A DNA stretch of 32,129 bases, taken from IMG/VR virus record IMGVR_UViG_3300044878_000133, positions 1 through 32,129 of that record; one strand, 5' to 3'. This document shows positions 17,500 to 26,096 of this stretch, piece by piece. Numbering within the stretch: position 1 is the stretch's first letter; each line of letters begins with the position of its first letter. Both the position numbers and the translations under genes were made by a program. Origin of the DNA: a virus (lineage: Duplodnaviria; Caudoviricetes). The notes beneath the pieces are model-generated. The model saw only the letters and a program-made list of their open reading frames with translations, was not told the DNA's origin and made no database searches.

Positions 17500-17933
17500 T
17501 ACGCTGCCACCTCCGCGAGTTCGCGCTGGGTTGCCCTGCGTTCACGCTGCAACTGCACCTTGCGCGCCTTCTGCTCCGGTGTCATGCCAAACTTCTTCCG
17601 CCGATCGTTGTTGCGCTTGTACACGCACGTCTTGCACTTCCGGTTTCCGCCGTCATAGATCAGGTTGTCCCCGGCGTACTCGTGGCCCTGCGGGCAGTGC
17701 GTTATTTCCGCGTTGTCGTAGGTACGGTGGCACCGGAAGCAGAGGGGCACGTACTTGGAAATGTCCGTTGAATACTTCTGCCCAAGTGGACTTGTGAGTT
17801 CGTTGGGGCAAGGGGTGTCATGCGTATACGCCCACTCTTTAGCTGCCGCGCCGCAGGTACAGGTGTAGCCGGATGCTTTACCCCGGGATCGCCAGACGCG
17901 CATATGGGCGCCGATGTAGGTGATTTCGCTCAT
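17499..17933 (-). CDS. HNH-like endonuclease with C-terminal Zn domain
   Basis: H..V...RGKA...C..CG...EWA, Y.PLC..CH..YD, THCPQGHEY...C..C. Confidence 0.65.
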   Translation of the reverse strand: MSEITYIGAHMRVWRSRGKASGYTCTCGAAAKEWAYTHDTPCPNELTSPLGQKYSTDISKYVPLCFRCHRTYDNAEITHCPQGHEYAGDNLIYDGGNRKCKTCVYKRNNDRRKKFGMTPEQKARKVQLQRERRATQRELAEVAA

Positions 17934-18679
17934 TTGGCTGCCTCAGCCTCCATGCTCGCCATGAATTCCTGCGTATCCAGGAGCGCCATTAGCTGGCGTC
18001 CGATGAACTCGGAGTATTTAGGCGGGATCGCTTCGGCGATGGACTTCCGGTTAGCCGTCCAGTCGATGCCCATCGCGGTCTGCCACTGCGCGACGGTACC
18101 CGTGCCTCCGCCTTCCCCATAGACGGCGAAATAGGGGCCGTCGAACCATTCGCCGTGACGGTAGCCGGCGACCCGGCCGCGGTGGGGTTTGTGCGCCGGG
18201 GCGAGCGCTCCCCAGCCGCCCAGCTCGAAGTAGCGGTGCCGGAGGACTCCGAGGCCGAACATCTCGCCGCAGAGCGTCAGGTCCCGGCGGAGGTCCGAGC
18301 CCTGGACGTTCTCAATCACGCTGGGCTTGTGCTGCAGCGCCAGGAGTGCCCGGGTCGCCGGGATGAGGTTGAGGTATTCGCGGCCCTTGTTCGTGCCCTT
18401 GCTCAGTGCTGAGGATGCCTGGCAGGGCGGGGAGCCGTGGATCGCGGCCAAATCGGCCATGGTGACATGCTCGACCCGGCCGTCTTTGTGGGTGAACGCG
18501 ACGGACCCGCCGCCGATGAGAGTCGACAGGACGCTAATCGCGTCTCCCTGGTGGAACGCTCCGGGGTAGTCGGGCTGCGGGTGGATGTCCACGCCGTAGA
18601 TGAGGAACCCTGCGTCTTTGTAGCCCTTGCCTGCGCCGCCGGCGCCGCAGAACAGGTCCAAGATACGCGGGGCGCTCAT
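17930..18679 (-). CDS. DNA cytosine-C5 methyltransferase
   Basis: LDLFCGAGG (I), SPPCQ (IV), IENV (VI), R.RYF (VIII), AIPP (X-like). Confidence 0.85.
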   Translation of the reverse strand: MSAPRILDLFCGAGGAGKGYKDAGFLIYGVDIHPQPDYPGAFHQGDAISVLSTLIGGGSVAFTHKDGRVEHVTMADLAAIHGSPPCQASSALSKGTNKGREYLNLIPATRALLALQHKPSVIENVQGSDLRRDLTLCGEMFGLGVLRHRYFELGGWGALAPAHKPHRGRVAGYRHGEWFDGPYFAVYGEGGGTGTVAQWQTAMGIDWTANRKSIAEAIPPKYSEFIGRQLMALLDTQEFMASMEAEAAK

Positions 18680-18891
18680 GCTGCGTCCCGGATGAGGACG
18701 TGGGCGGTGGAGGGCTTGATGCCGTACGCGTCGGCGATCTCTTTGGTCTTCGCGCCGGCGGCGGCGAGCTTCGCGGCGGCCGGGCCGTAGATGGCATTGA
18801 TCCGGCGGCGTTCCTCGGCGATGAGGCGGAGGTCGTCGAGTGTTTCGACCTGGCCTATTGCGTTGGGTGTTTTGGGCGCGTTAGTATTCAT
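18676..18891 (-). CDS. Small HTH protein
   Basis: GAKTKEIADAYGIKPSTAH; own promoter (-10 TATGAT 18975-18980) and AAGGAG RBS. Confidence 0.75.
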   Translation of the reverse strand: MNTNAPKTPNAIGQVETLDDLRLIAEERRRINAIYGPAAAKLAAAGAKTKEIADAYGIKPSTAHVLIRDAA

Positions 18892-19123
18892 TCAGAGCCA
18901 CTCCTTCTAGTGGTTATGAGGCCCGCCGGTGTTAGCGCACTTGCGGGCCTTTGTGTTCTTGCTTGGTACTTACTATCATACCCGAAGTTCCGCAGTCTTC
19001 CCCACAAATTACCCGCGTGTCGGCGTGTCGCTACGTATTTCTTGCCCCGGGTTACCCGGTGTTCCCGGACATGCGAAAGGACCCGCCCGGCCGAAGCCGA
19101 ACGGGTCCCAGGTAGTGCGGGGG

Positions 19124-19546
19124 TCAGAAGGGAGGCGGCTGGTTGCCTGCGGGTGCCTGGCCCCACTGGTCAGCCTGCGCCGGCTGGTTACCCCAGTTGC
19201 CCTGAGCCTGCCCGCCGCCCTGCTGTGCGCGGGGGATGATGCCGATATCCCGGGCGTTGATCTCCAACGACTTGCCCGCCGTGCCGTCCTTCGCCTGATA
19301 CTCGCGCATCCGCTCCGCGCCGGTCACAATCACCCGGTCACCCTTCTTCAACACCTCGGCGAGCGCTTCGGCCTTCTTGTCCCAGATGGTCACGCGGCGC
19401 CACGTCGTGCCGTCCTCGTCCCAGCCGCCCTGCGCGTTCTTCTTGCTGTGGTTCTCGGCGAGGGAGAACTCGAGGACCGGCTTACCCGAGGGTGTGAACT
19501 TCAGGTTCGGGTCGCCAATGTTGCCAACTACGGTGCAATCGCTCAT
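19124..19546 (-). CDS. ssb: Single-stranded DNA-binding protein
   Basis: GN..DP.LKFTPSG, KGDRVIVTG, Gly/Gln linker, PPF C-terminus. Confidence 0.95.
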   Translation of the reverse strand: MSDCTVVGNIGDPNLKFTPSGKPVLEFSLAENHSKKNAQGGWDEDGTTWRRVTIWDKKAEALAEVLKKGDRVIVTGAERMREYQAKDGTAGKSLEINARDIGIIPRAQQGGGQAQGNWGNQPAQADQWGQAPAGNQPPPF

Positions 19547-19800
19547 GCTGCTACTTCTTTCGTGAGGGTGTACTTGCTGAGGTTGTCGGGGTGGAAGCCG
19601 TGCCAGTGCAGATCGGTTTCCGGCGTGCGGCCAGAGACGATGACGACGGGGACGCCTTCATAGCCGAGGGCCTTGATCGCGGCCATGTCCGCCGGGGAAG
19701 TCGTGACGTCAACCGTCTGGTAATCGACGTCGCGGTTATCCAGCCACCGCTTCGTGGCCCGGCATGGCTGGCATCCCGGCTTGGTGTAGAGGGTGATCAT
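19543..19800 (-). CDS. nrdH: NrdH-like glutaredoxin
   Basis: ITLYTKPGCQPC.ATK, GY..VPVV, HW.GF.PD. Confidence 0.92.
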   Translation of the reverse strand: MITLYTKPGCQPCRATKRWLDNRDVDYQTVDVTTSPADMAAIKALGYEGVPVVIVSGRTPETDLHWHGFHPDNLSKYTLTKEVAA

Positions 19801-20171
19801 GCTGCTACTTCTTCCGTGATGATGTTGTGGGACAAATCTAGGTAGTGGCCGTCGTCGTCCAGGTAGACGTGGCGGCCGAGCTTGGGGATGTAGACGGGGA
19901 TGGTGTCGATCTCGTGGTCCGTGCGGAGCTTCCACCCGAAGCTTCGGGCCTTGGATGCCGTGGCCGCGTCGGACTCGACCATGCCGTTCCACTGCCCGCA
20001 GACGAGGAGGCCGTTCGCGACCCTGTTCCGGGACTTCACGCCGCCGGACCCGCGGCCCTTCCGGTGGTGGTGGGTCAAGTCCCCGACGCATACCCCGCCC
20101 GCGCCGTGGATGACGCAGTCGAGGTCCCGGGCGGAGATGGCGATCTTCTGGGCCTTACTGAAGCCGTTCAC
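19797..20171 (-). CDS. HNH-family nuclease-like protein
   Basis: RD..C, HHHRKGRGSGG, NGLLVC, GW; GTG start overlapping upstream stop. Confidence 0.7.
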   Translation of the reverse strand: MNGFSKAQKIAISARDLDCVIHGAGGVCVGDLTHHHRKGRGSGGVKSRNRVANGLLVCGQWNGMVESDAATASKARSFGWKLRTDHEIDTIPVYIPKLGRHVYLDDDGHYLDLSHNIITEEVAA

Positions 20172-20536
20172 GCGACCATCTGCTGCCCGGCGCCCTGCGC
20201 GCTCCACTCGGACTTGATCGCGGAGTTCAGGGACCTGCCGATGTCCAGCCGGTCGCGGAGGACCTTGATGGACTCCCGCGCCGCCCTCAACACCTGATCC
20301 GCGATCTCCGCGTCCAGCTTCAGCTCCGCCGTCTCCAGCGTGGCCTTATACTTCCGGATATCCAGGTTCCCCTCGGCCTTCAGGAAGTTCCTGGCGAACG
20401 TCACCTCATAGCGGGACTTTGCCCGGACCGCCGCCTCATCCAGGCGGGCGATCTCGTCCTGCTTCGCGTCGAGCTGCCGGCCACACTGGGACAACATGAG
20501 GATGACATCGTTCGTCGTCGGGGTCGCATTGCTCAC
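20168..20536 (-). CDS. Coiled-coil protein of the recombination module
   Basis: 122 aa helical; RLDIGRSLNS C-terminus. Confidence 0.7.
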   Translation of the reverse strand: MSNATPTTNDVILMLSQCGRQLDAKQDEIARLDEAAVRAKSRYEVTFARNFLKAEGNLDIRKYKATLETAELKLDAEIADQVLRAARESIKVLRDRLDIGRSLNSAIKSEWSAQGAGQQMVA

Positions 20537-21099
20537 GCGGCGGCCTCCTGCCGGGCGGGTTCGATCTGGGGGAGGACGGTCCCGGCGGCGAGGTCGTTCA
20601 ACTCGCCCCGGACATAGGCGGTGGCGATCTTCTCCCGGCCTCCCGGCGCGTAGGTGACGGTGAAGGATGAGGGGCCCTTGCCCGGGACGCGCTTCACGCC
20701 CGGGATGGCCTCACCAGTTTCGACGTCGATCAGTTCCCCGTCGTCGCCCTCGATCGCGGACTTAATCTTCGCGGCCAGCCAGGACGGCCGGACCCGCTTC
20801 ACGTCGCGGGCCGGGACAGCGGGGACGTGTTCGACGTCGATCCCGTCGTTCTGTTCGGCCCACTCGAACAGGGCCGACTCGTCCACGGTCTTATCAGATG
20901 CCTTGCCTTCGGGGATGGTGATCTGTCCGATCTTCGTCCCGTCCGGGAGGGTGATGGCGAACGACTTCGTCCCCTCCTCCTCGTACTTGGTGAGGAGCTG
21001 TTCGAGGTGTTCGGCGCGGGCGTCGGCCAGGAACGCGCCGAGCGCGTCGTGGTAGGCCTTAATCAGCGCAATCCGCTGGTTGTCGGTCTTGATGCTCAT
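20533..21099 (-). CDS. Hypothetical protein (Gp157/Gam-like recombination accessory)
   Basis: Next to ERF; W.E, DVETGEAIPGV motif. Confidence 0.6.
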   Translation of the reverse strand: MSIKTDNQRIALIKAYHDALGAFLADARAEHLEQLLTKYEEEGTKSFAITLPDGTKIGQITIPEGKASDKTVDESALFEWAEQNDGIDVEHVPAVPARDVKRVRPSWLAAKIKSAIEGDDGELIDVETGEAIPGVKRVPGKGPSSFTVTYAPGGREKIATAYVRGELNDLAAGTVLPQIEPARQEAAA

Positions 21100-21108
21100 T
21101 GGGTCCCC

Positions 21109-21753
21109 CTAGTTCGTTCGGGCGGCGAGAGACTTGCCCGCGGCCGTAATGGATTCGATGACATCCGCCGGGGCGGACATGTTCTGCGCCTTGGACAGCA
21201 GGTCGCGCAGCAGGTCGATGTTGTTCTTCGCCTTATCCAGGGACTCGGTCCAGTTCGGCTGGTCGTGCCGGTACTGGCCGAGGCTCGTGGCTCCGGCATC
21301 CCCGGCGGGCGCCGCCGGGCGGGGCTGGGAGTAGGTCTGGCGTTCGTAGGTGTGTTCGTCCGGGTCGGCGTCGTCCGTGGGGAGCATGAACGTCTGGAGC
21401 AGGCAGGTCCGGAGCGCGACGGACATCGCCTTCGCGGTGGCCTTATCCCCGAGGTCGAACGACTCCGCCACTACCTGGGAGGTGAACGTGTCGCCCTCCG
21501 GCCCGACGAACGTGTAGTCCACCACGACGACCGGGGCGGTGGCCGTCTTGCCGCCGGAGAGCTGGGTGGAGCCGTTGCGGTGTTCGACCTTGGACGGGTA
21601 CACGGTCAGCCCGTGCTTGCGCATGGCGGGGGAGAGGGCGTTCACGACGGCGTCGATGCCGCGGAACTTGAAGTTCTGCTGGGTGTTGCGTCCGTCCTTC
21701 TTGACCGCTCCGACGTCGCCCATGACGGCGGCGACTGCTTCGAAAACTTTCAT
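21109..21753 (-). CDS. ERF-family ssDNA annealing protein
   Basis: V.KDGRN..Q.FKFRGID, GDKATAKAMSVA.RT.L.Q.F.LPTD..DPD; start MKVFEA. Confidence 0.9.
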   Translation of the reverse strand: MKVFEAVAAVMGDVGAVKKDGRNTQQNFKFRGIDAVVNALSPAMRKHGLTVYPSKVEHRNGSTQLSGGKTATAPVVVVDYTFVGPEGDTFTSQVVAESFDLGDKATAKAMSVALRTCLLQTFMLPTDDADPDEHTYERQTYSQPRPAAPAGDAGATSLGQYRHDQPNWTESLDKAKNNIDLLRDLLSKAQNMSAPADVIESITAAGKSLAARTN

Positions 21754-21929
21754 CGGGTTAGCTCCAGTTTCTGGGTCCACGCGTTCAGTCGCGCTTGGGT
21801 GGGGTTCACGTATCCGGCCGTAACTTCGGCCTGGGTGTCGGGGGTGGGGTCGGTGTGGCCGGGGCAGTAGCAGACGTCGAGCCGGCACGTTTCGCAGCGG
21901 TACAGGCCGCCGCAGTAGCAGGCGATCAT
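21750..21929 (-). CDS. Small Cys-rich protein (59 aa)
   Basis: MIACYCGG..CETC...CYCPGH; ATGA overlap. Confidence 0.6.
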   Translation of the reverse strand: MIACYCGGLYRCETCRLDVCYCPGHTDPTPDTQAEVTAGYVNPTQARLNAWTQKLELTR

Positions 21930-22174
21930 GACGGTTCCGCGAAGTACTCGCCGAGGAGTTCCACGAAGCGCCGGATGGCGCGGAGGCTGGCCTCCGGGGC
22001 TCCTTGGACGATGTAGTGGATCTGCATGTGACCGGCGCCCTTGAGTTCCGCGAAGCCGTCCGCCATGCCCAGCAGGAATTCGCCCTGCTCGGCGTTGTCC
22101 CAATCACTGGCGGCGGACAGGCCGAGCTGGTAGTGGTTGATCTTCGTCTCGGTGGTTACTTCGATGGCCTTCAT
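21926..22174 (-). CDS. Hypothetical protein (82 aa)
   Basis: Start MKAIEV; ATGA overlaps. Confidence 0.65.
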   Translation of the reverse strand: MKAIEVTTETKINHYQLGLSAASDWDNAEQGEFLLGMADGFAELKGAGHMQIHYIVQGAPEASLRAIRRFVELLGEYFAEPS

Positions 22175-22250
22175 GACATGTCCTGTCCGCAGTAGTTGCA
22201 CGTTGTGGCGCCCTTGTCGTACGTGGTGGCGGGGTGCTCGCACTCGGCGC

Positions 22251-22373
22251 TCACAGTCCGAGCCATTCGTCATCCGCGGCGGCGCGTTCGGCGTCGGCAC
22301 GGTCGGCGGCGAGTGCCCATGCGAGCCAGCAGGCGGCGCCGATCGTGGCGAGCATCAGGATAAAGGCGTTCAT
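22251..22373 (-). CDS. Small membrane protein (40 aa)
   Basis: MNAFILMLATIGAACWLAWALAA hydrophobic helix; ATGA overlap. Confidence 0.55.
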   Translation of the reverse strand: MNAFILMLATIGAACWLAWALAADRADAERAAADDEWLGL

Positions 22374-22552
22374 GATTGGGCCTCGGCGATCGGGGTGAGG
22401 GCTTTGATCCACTGGGCGGCGGTTGCCGGGTCGATCCAGAGGGTCAGTGCGCGGCGAGTCTCGTCGGCGTCCACGTAGACCATCGTCTGGTCATCAGCGA
22501 CGTGCTCCGGCAGGACGGTCATGGTGCCGGGATTGTTGACAGTGAGGTTCAT
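22370..22552 (-). CDS. Hypothetical protein
   Basis: 60 aa coupled ORF. Confidence 0.65.
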   Translation of the reverse strand: MNLTVNNPGTMTVLPEHVADDQTMVYVDADETRRALTLWIDPATAAQWIKALTPIAEAQS

Positions 22553-22929
22553 GCCGACACTTCCCAGCGGGTGGTGATCGAACCGAGGATCATGCTGATC
22601 TCCCAGTACAGGGTGATGAGGAGGGAGCCGCGGAGGTGGTCGGTGTTGTCCACGGTGCCGGCGTCGTTGACCCGGAGGCCCGGGTGGGTGGCGTTCTCGA
22701 TGGTGCGGAGTTCCCGGGCGTAGGAGACGAGCAGGTCAACGTCGGTCCAGCGGAGGTCTTTGTCGGTGATCCAGGCGAGCCGGCGGGTGAGGGTCTGCAG
22801 CTCGGCTTCGGACGGGCCGTGAATGCTGCACTCGGCGGCGAAGTGCCGGATTTCGGCGAAGGTGATGCGGGCGGCGAGGTCCTTGTCGAACAGGTACGGC
22901 GTCCGGGTAGACTCTAGATAAGTCGTCAC
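22549..22929 (-). CDS. Hypothetical protein
   Basis: 126 aa, first gene after the promoter at 23005-23033. Confidence 0.65.
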   Translation of the reverse strand: MTTYLESTRTPYLFDKDLAARITFAEIRHFAAECSIHGPSEAELQTLTRRLAWITDKDLRWTDVDLLVSYARELRTIENATHPGLRVNDAGTVDNTDHLRGSLLITLYWEISMILGSITTRWEVSA

Positions 22930-23004
22930 TGTGGTTCCAATCGCTAGTGATGGTTTCCGAGGCCCGGGAGTTCGCGCTTCCGGGCCTCTTTTGCTGATGT
23001 ACCC

Positions 23005-23033
23005 AACTTACGGGATGTTCCCTAAAGTTACAA
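23005..23033 (-). promoter_or_regulatory. Putative sigma-A promoter with operator-like motif in spacer
   Basis: TTGTAA-N17-TAAGTT; overlaps TGTTCCCTAAAGTTAC (23016-23031). Confidence 0.7.
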
Positions 23034-23034
23034 G

Positions 23035-23361
23035 TCAGCGTGTCGGCGTGTCGTCGGAACTCTCAGGAACAAGCTCCCAGACCCCGATGGGTCGGCGTTC
23101 GATGGTGTAGTCCAGGTCCCCGTAAACACGGTCGGCGTGGGTGGCGGCCCCGTCCGCGGTGTGGAACCCGCACGAGAGCGTCACATCCCCCCGCTTCGCC
23201 GCATACTCCCACCCCGCCTGAGCAACCCAGCCCGACCGGATCACCGCCTCCACCGCCGCCGCAGCCTGCAACGCCAGCAAATGATCCGGAGACCCCGCCG
23301 CCGCCTCAGACGCATCAATCGCCGCAGCCACCGCAACGGTCAGTTCCTCCCGGGCGGTCAT
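23035..23361 (-). CDS. Hypothetical protein (108 aa)
   Basis: Start MTAREEL, ATGA overlap. Confidence 0.65.
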   Translation of the reverse strand: MTAREELTVAVAAAIDASEAAAGSPDHLLALQAAAAVEAVIRSGWVAQAGWEYAAKRGDVTLSCGFHTADGAATHADRVYGDLDYTIERRPIGVWELVPESSDDTPTR

Positions 23362-23549
23362 GGCTTGGCCCTTAGCTCGGCGCAACCGGGGCAGCGGGGG
23401 TCCGCAGGATGATTCAGGGCGCGTGTCCACTCGACTCCATTGCGTGTCATGTAGCCGTGGCGGTGGCCGTCCACAGATTCGATGTAGGGGCGGTGGTAGA
23501 CACCTCCGGTCAGTCCAGGATTGGCGGGGTCGCACATGACGAGGCTCAT
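23358..23549 (-). CDS. Hypothetical protein
   Basis: 63 aa, C-terminal H...CPGC. Confidence 0.6.
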   Translation of the reverse strand: MSLVMCDPANPGLTGGVYHRPYIESVDGHRHGYMTRNGVEWTRALNHPADPRCPGCAELRAKP

Positions 23550-23740
23550 CGGTTGACCCTCGGCTGCTTCTTCCGGTAATCCTCAACATCCGTCCAGGGG
23601 ATCCGGATGTGGTTCGACTGCTTCCCCTTGCCGGTCTTGTACGCGTTCGGGAACTCCCCGCCGCGGGTCATGGTCCGGACCGTCTCAGGGTGCAGGCCGA
23701 GGTGCTCGGCGACCTCTGAGACCTTCGCATCGGCGCTCAT
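23546..23740 (-). CDS. Excisionase-like MerR/HTH protein
   Basis: VSEVAEHLGLHPETVR...GEFP.AYK.G...IRIP; GGAGG RBS. Confidence 0.8.
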   Translation of the reverse strand: MSADAKVSEVAEHLGLHPETVRTMTRGGEFPNAYKTGKGKQSNHIRIPWTDVEDYRKKQPRVNR

Positions 23741-24201
23741 GCCGTCACCTCCTGACGAGCCTGGTAACCGCGACCGTGGCAAGTGGTGCAGAAGTCCGCG
23801 CCGCGATAGCAGCGTTCAGCCCTGCAGCGCCCACCTGACCTACGGCCCGCGCCCTTGCACTTGGGGCACTCAGTTCCACGCCCGGTGGAGTCGCAAGCAG
23901 GGCAGGCGATGCCGTCATTGAGGACTCGCTTCATTTCGGCGTAGGTCCGTGGCGCGGTCCCATCCGTGCTGGTGTCCATCTCATGCTGCAACAGGCCGAC
24001 CAGATTGTCCCATTCGGGAAGCAGTCGATCCCAATGCACTGACTTTCCCGCCATTCGCCTCTGCAATTGCTCCGTAGTCAGCCGCCCCTCGCAGTAGTTC
24101 ACGCACCGCAGTAGGTCGCTTGGGTCGTGCGGGTGGTGAAGACCGCCGCCGGCGATAGCCTGCGCTGATAAGCCCATCTGATAGCCCCAGCCCCAGCTCA
24201 T
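23737..24201 (-). CDS. Hypothetical protein with DnaJ-like CxxCxGxG Zn repeats
   Basis: PHDPSDL.RC; CPACDSTG, CPKCKGAG, CTTCHGRG. Confidence 0.7.
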   Translation of the reverse strand: MSWGWGYQMGLSAQAIAGGGLHHPHDPSDLLRCVNYCEGRLTTEQLQRRMAGKSVHWDRLLPEWDNLVGLLQHEMDTSTDGTAPRTYAEMKRVLNDGIACPACDSTGRGTECPKCKGAGRRSGGRCRAERCYRGADFCTTCHGRGYQARQEVTA

Positions 24202-24374
24202 GCTGTTACCTCCCGGAGTGCGGCGGAGGCAACGTAACCGGCGTAGAACGTCGCGTCACGGAAGGATGAGAACGTCTCACGGCCCGCAGGTGTCCGGACG
24301 TACCAGAATCTTTTGGACGGAACCCGGACTATGCAACAGTCCTTCTTGCACTGATAAACGCGGATAGGTTTCAT
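24198..24374 (-). CDS. Small hypothetical protein (58 aa)
   Basis: MKPIRVYQCKKDCC...; ATGA overlaps at both ends. Confidence 0.55.
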   Translation of the reverse strand: MKPIRVYQCKKDCCIVRVPSKRFWYVRTPAGRETFSSFRDATFYAGYVASAALREVTA

Positions 24375-24850
24375 GCGGCGGTCCTGTCTCGGTCGTTGTG
24401 CGTGAATAGCTGGCGGCGGAGGGCCACAACTGCGGCGCCGGCCTCTGCGATCTCGTCGTAGGCGCCCGCCTGGTAGTACTTGCCGTTATGCCCGACAACT
24501 GCGCGCCACTTCTTGGTGGCAGCGTGCCATGACACTCCGCGGATGCCGGACTTGCTATTCGACTGGGCGCCGACCCTGTTCTCTTGGTTTTGCTTCGTCG
24601 TGACGGGGCGCAAATGTGCCGGGTTCACGCACGAATGGTTGTGGCAACGGTGGTCGATTTCGAGACCCTTGGGGATCGGCCCAACTTCGAGTTCGTAGGC
24701 GTATCGGTGCGCCTTAGCTCTGGACTTCTTGCCGTCCAGCATGAAGCGGAATGACCCATACCCCTTCTTGTCTTTGTGGCCGGTCCACTCCCAGCAGTCG
24801 CCGGATTTGTCGACGCTGGACCAGAACCGCTCTACTTGTGCGGCGATCAT
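24371..24850 (-). CDS. HNH homing endonuclease with AP2-like DNA-binding domain
   Basis: RFW, CWEWTG, AHR..YE, IDH.C.N..CVNP.HL, SGIRGVSW...KWRA. Confidence 0.9.
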   Translation of the reverse strand: MIAAQVERFWSSVDKSGDCWEWTGHKDKKGYGSFRFMLDGKKSRAKAHRYAYELEVGPIPKGLEIDHRCHNHSCVNPAHLRPVTTKQNQENRVGAQSNSKSGIRGVSWHAATKKWRAVVGHNGKYYQAGAYDEIAEAGAAVVALRRQLFTHNDRDRTAA

Positions 24851-25107
24851 GCTGCGGCCCAAATACGGCAGGCCCCACCGCTGCGTCCCGGACGACGGGA
24901 GCGGTGGTAGCCGACGGCCCGGATCAGTCCCGCGTCATGCGCCTCCCTAAACAACTTCCCCCACATGGCCGGCGAGGGCGGGTCCCGCAACTCGGCCTGC
25001 TCCGTCAGCGTGTACGCGTCGAAGGGCTTCCCCTCCGCAGCGACCTTCAACAGCGCGTCGTGCGCGTCAGCAGTCCAGTCCAAGTCATCCAACACCGCGG
25101 CCCTCAT
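24847..25107 (-). CDS. Hypothetical protein (wHTH-like, 86 aa)
   Basis: WG.LF..A..AGLI..VGY..S.R...RIW; ATGA overlap. Confidence 0.65.
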   Translation of the reverse strand: MRAAVLDDLDWTADAHDALLKVAAEGKPFDAYTLTEQAELRDPPSPAMWGKLFREAHDAGLIRAVGYHRSRRPGRSGGACRIWAAA

Positions 25108-25349
25108 GCGAGATCCAGCCGTTCGGTGATCTGGTTTGCGGCCTTGGTCCACAGTTCGACGCCTTCCGGCTTCAGTTCATCGCGGCGCCACGCGTCCCAT
25201 TGGGTGCGCTCGAAGGCGATCAGGTTAGCCGTGCGCTGTTCATAGGCGAGAGCGAGGGTGGCGAGGGCCTTGGACTTCTCAATCTCGTACTCGCCAGGAT
25301 TGACGGCGAGGAGTGCCGCGGCTTCTGTAGCGTGCTGGTTTCCGTTCAT
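25104..25349 (-). CDS. Hypothetical protein (81 aa)
   Basis: ATLALAYEQRTANLIA motif; ATGA overlap. Confidence 0.7.
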   Translation of the reverse strand: MNGNQHATEAAALLAVNPGEYEIEKSKALATLALAYEQRTANLIAFERTQWDAWRRDELKPEGVELWTKAANQITERLDLA

Positions 25350-25558
25350 GATGCTTTCCGTTCTGCGTAGGCCTGAATGTCGGCTTCGGTGCGCTGGTTG
25401 CGTGCCTGGGTGATGATGTCGGCGAGTTCGGCCGGTGTGAGGGGTGTGTAGCGGATGGCTTGCCCGGCGGTCGGGGAGCCTAGGAGGCCGCGTTGGACGG
25501 GCTGGGTGGTGAGGTTCCGGCGGGTAGCCCGGCGCGTCACCGTACCCTCGGCCGTCAC
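25346..25558 (-). CDS. Hypothetical protein
   Basis: 70 aa coupled ORF. Confidence 0.55.
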   Translation of the reverse strand: MTAEGTVTRRATRRNLTTQPVQRGLLGSPTAGQAIRYTPLTPAELADIITQARNQRTEADIQAYAERKAS

Positions 25559-25836
25559 TGGTCGGCCTCGGGCAGGACCGTTGCGGGGAGTTCAACCCAG
25601 CAGGCGTTCCCGTGGCGGTCTACCCATTCGAGGCATCCGAACGACGTCTCTTCGAGGGTCAGTCGCTCCGCCATGTCAACGATGGTCGCCCCCTCGGTCA
25701 GTGCGTCAAGTTCTGCGGAGGTGGTGATCGTGCGAGGCTTCCGGTAACCGGCGGCGAGGATCACGTCAGCTAGTTTGCTTGCGGGGTATCCGGGCTCTTT
25801 GCGAATGATCGCGGCCAGTTCGTCGCGGGCGCTCAT
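25555..25836 (-). CDS. Hypothetical protein
   Basis: ADVILAAGYRKPRTITT.AELDAL..G, ELPATVL motifs. Confidence 0.7.
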   Translation of the reverse strand: MSARDELAAIIRKEPGYPASKLADVILAAGYRKPRTITTSAELDALTEGATIVDMAERLTLEETSFGCLEWVDRHGNACWVELPATVLPEADQ

Positions 25837-26090
25837 TTGGCGGCCCGGATGAGGGAGGGGGCGACGCCCAGGAACTTGGCGGCCTTTTCGACCTGGAGCT
25901 GGGTCATGCCGCGGTAGCCGGATTCGATGTGGGCGACGCCGGCGTGGGTTTTGTAGCCGAGGATGTCGGCGAGTTGGGTTTGGGTGACTTCGCGGTCGAT
26001 GCGGATTTGGCGGAGGTTGGTTCCGGTGGTTTTGGGGTCGGGGTCGGTGCTGCGGCGGCGGGTGGTGCGGCCGGTCTGTTTGGTGGTCAT
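25833..26090 (-). CDS. Cro-like XRE HTH protein
   Basis: LRQIR...VTQTQLA..LG...VAHIESG; divergent from repressor. Confidence 0.85.
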   Translation of the reverse strand: MTTKQTGRTTRRRSTDPDPKTTGTNLRQIRIDREVTQTQLADILGYKTHAGVAHIESGYRGMTQLQVEKAAKFLGVAPSLIRAAK

Positions 26091-26096
26091 AGGAAC

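Noticed and set aside
22171-22254. 27-aa Cys/His micro-ORF (VSAECEHP...CNYCG)
   Set aside because: Fits by 4-bp overlaps but too short to support as a feature without homologues
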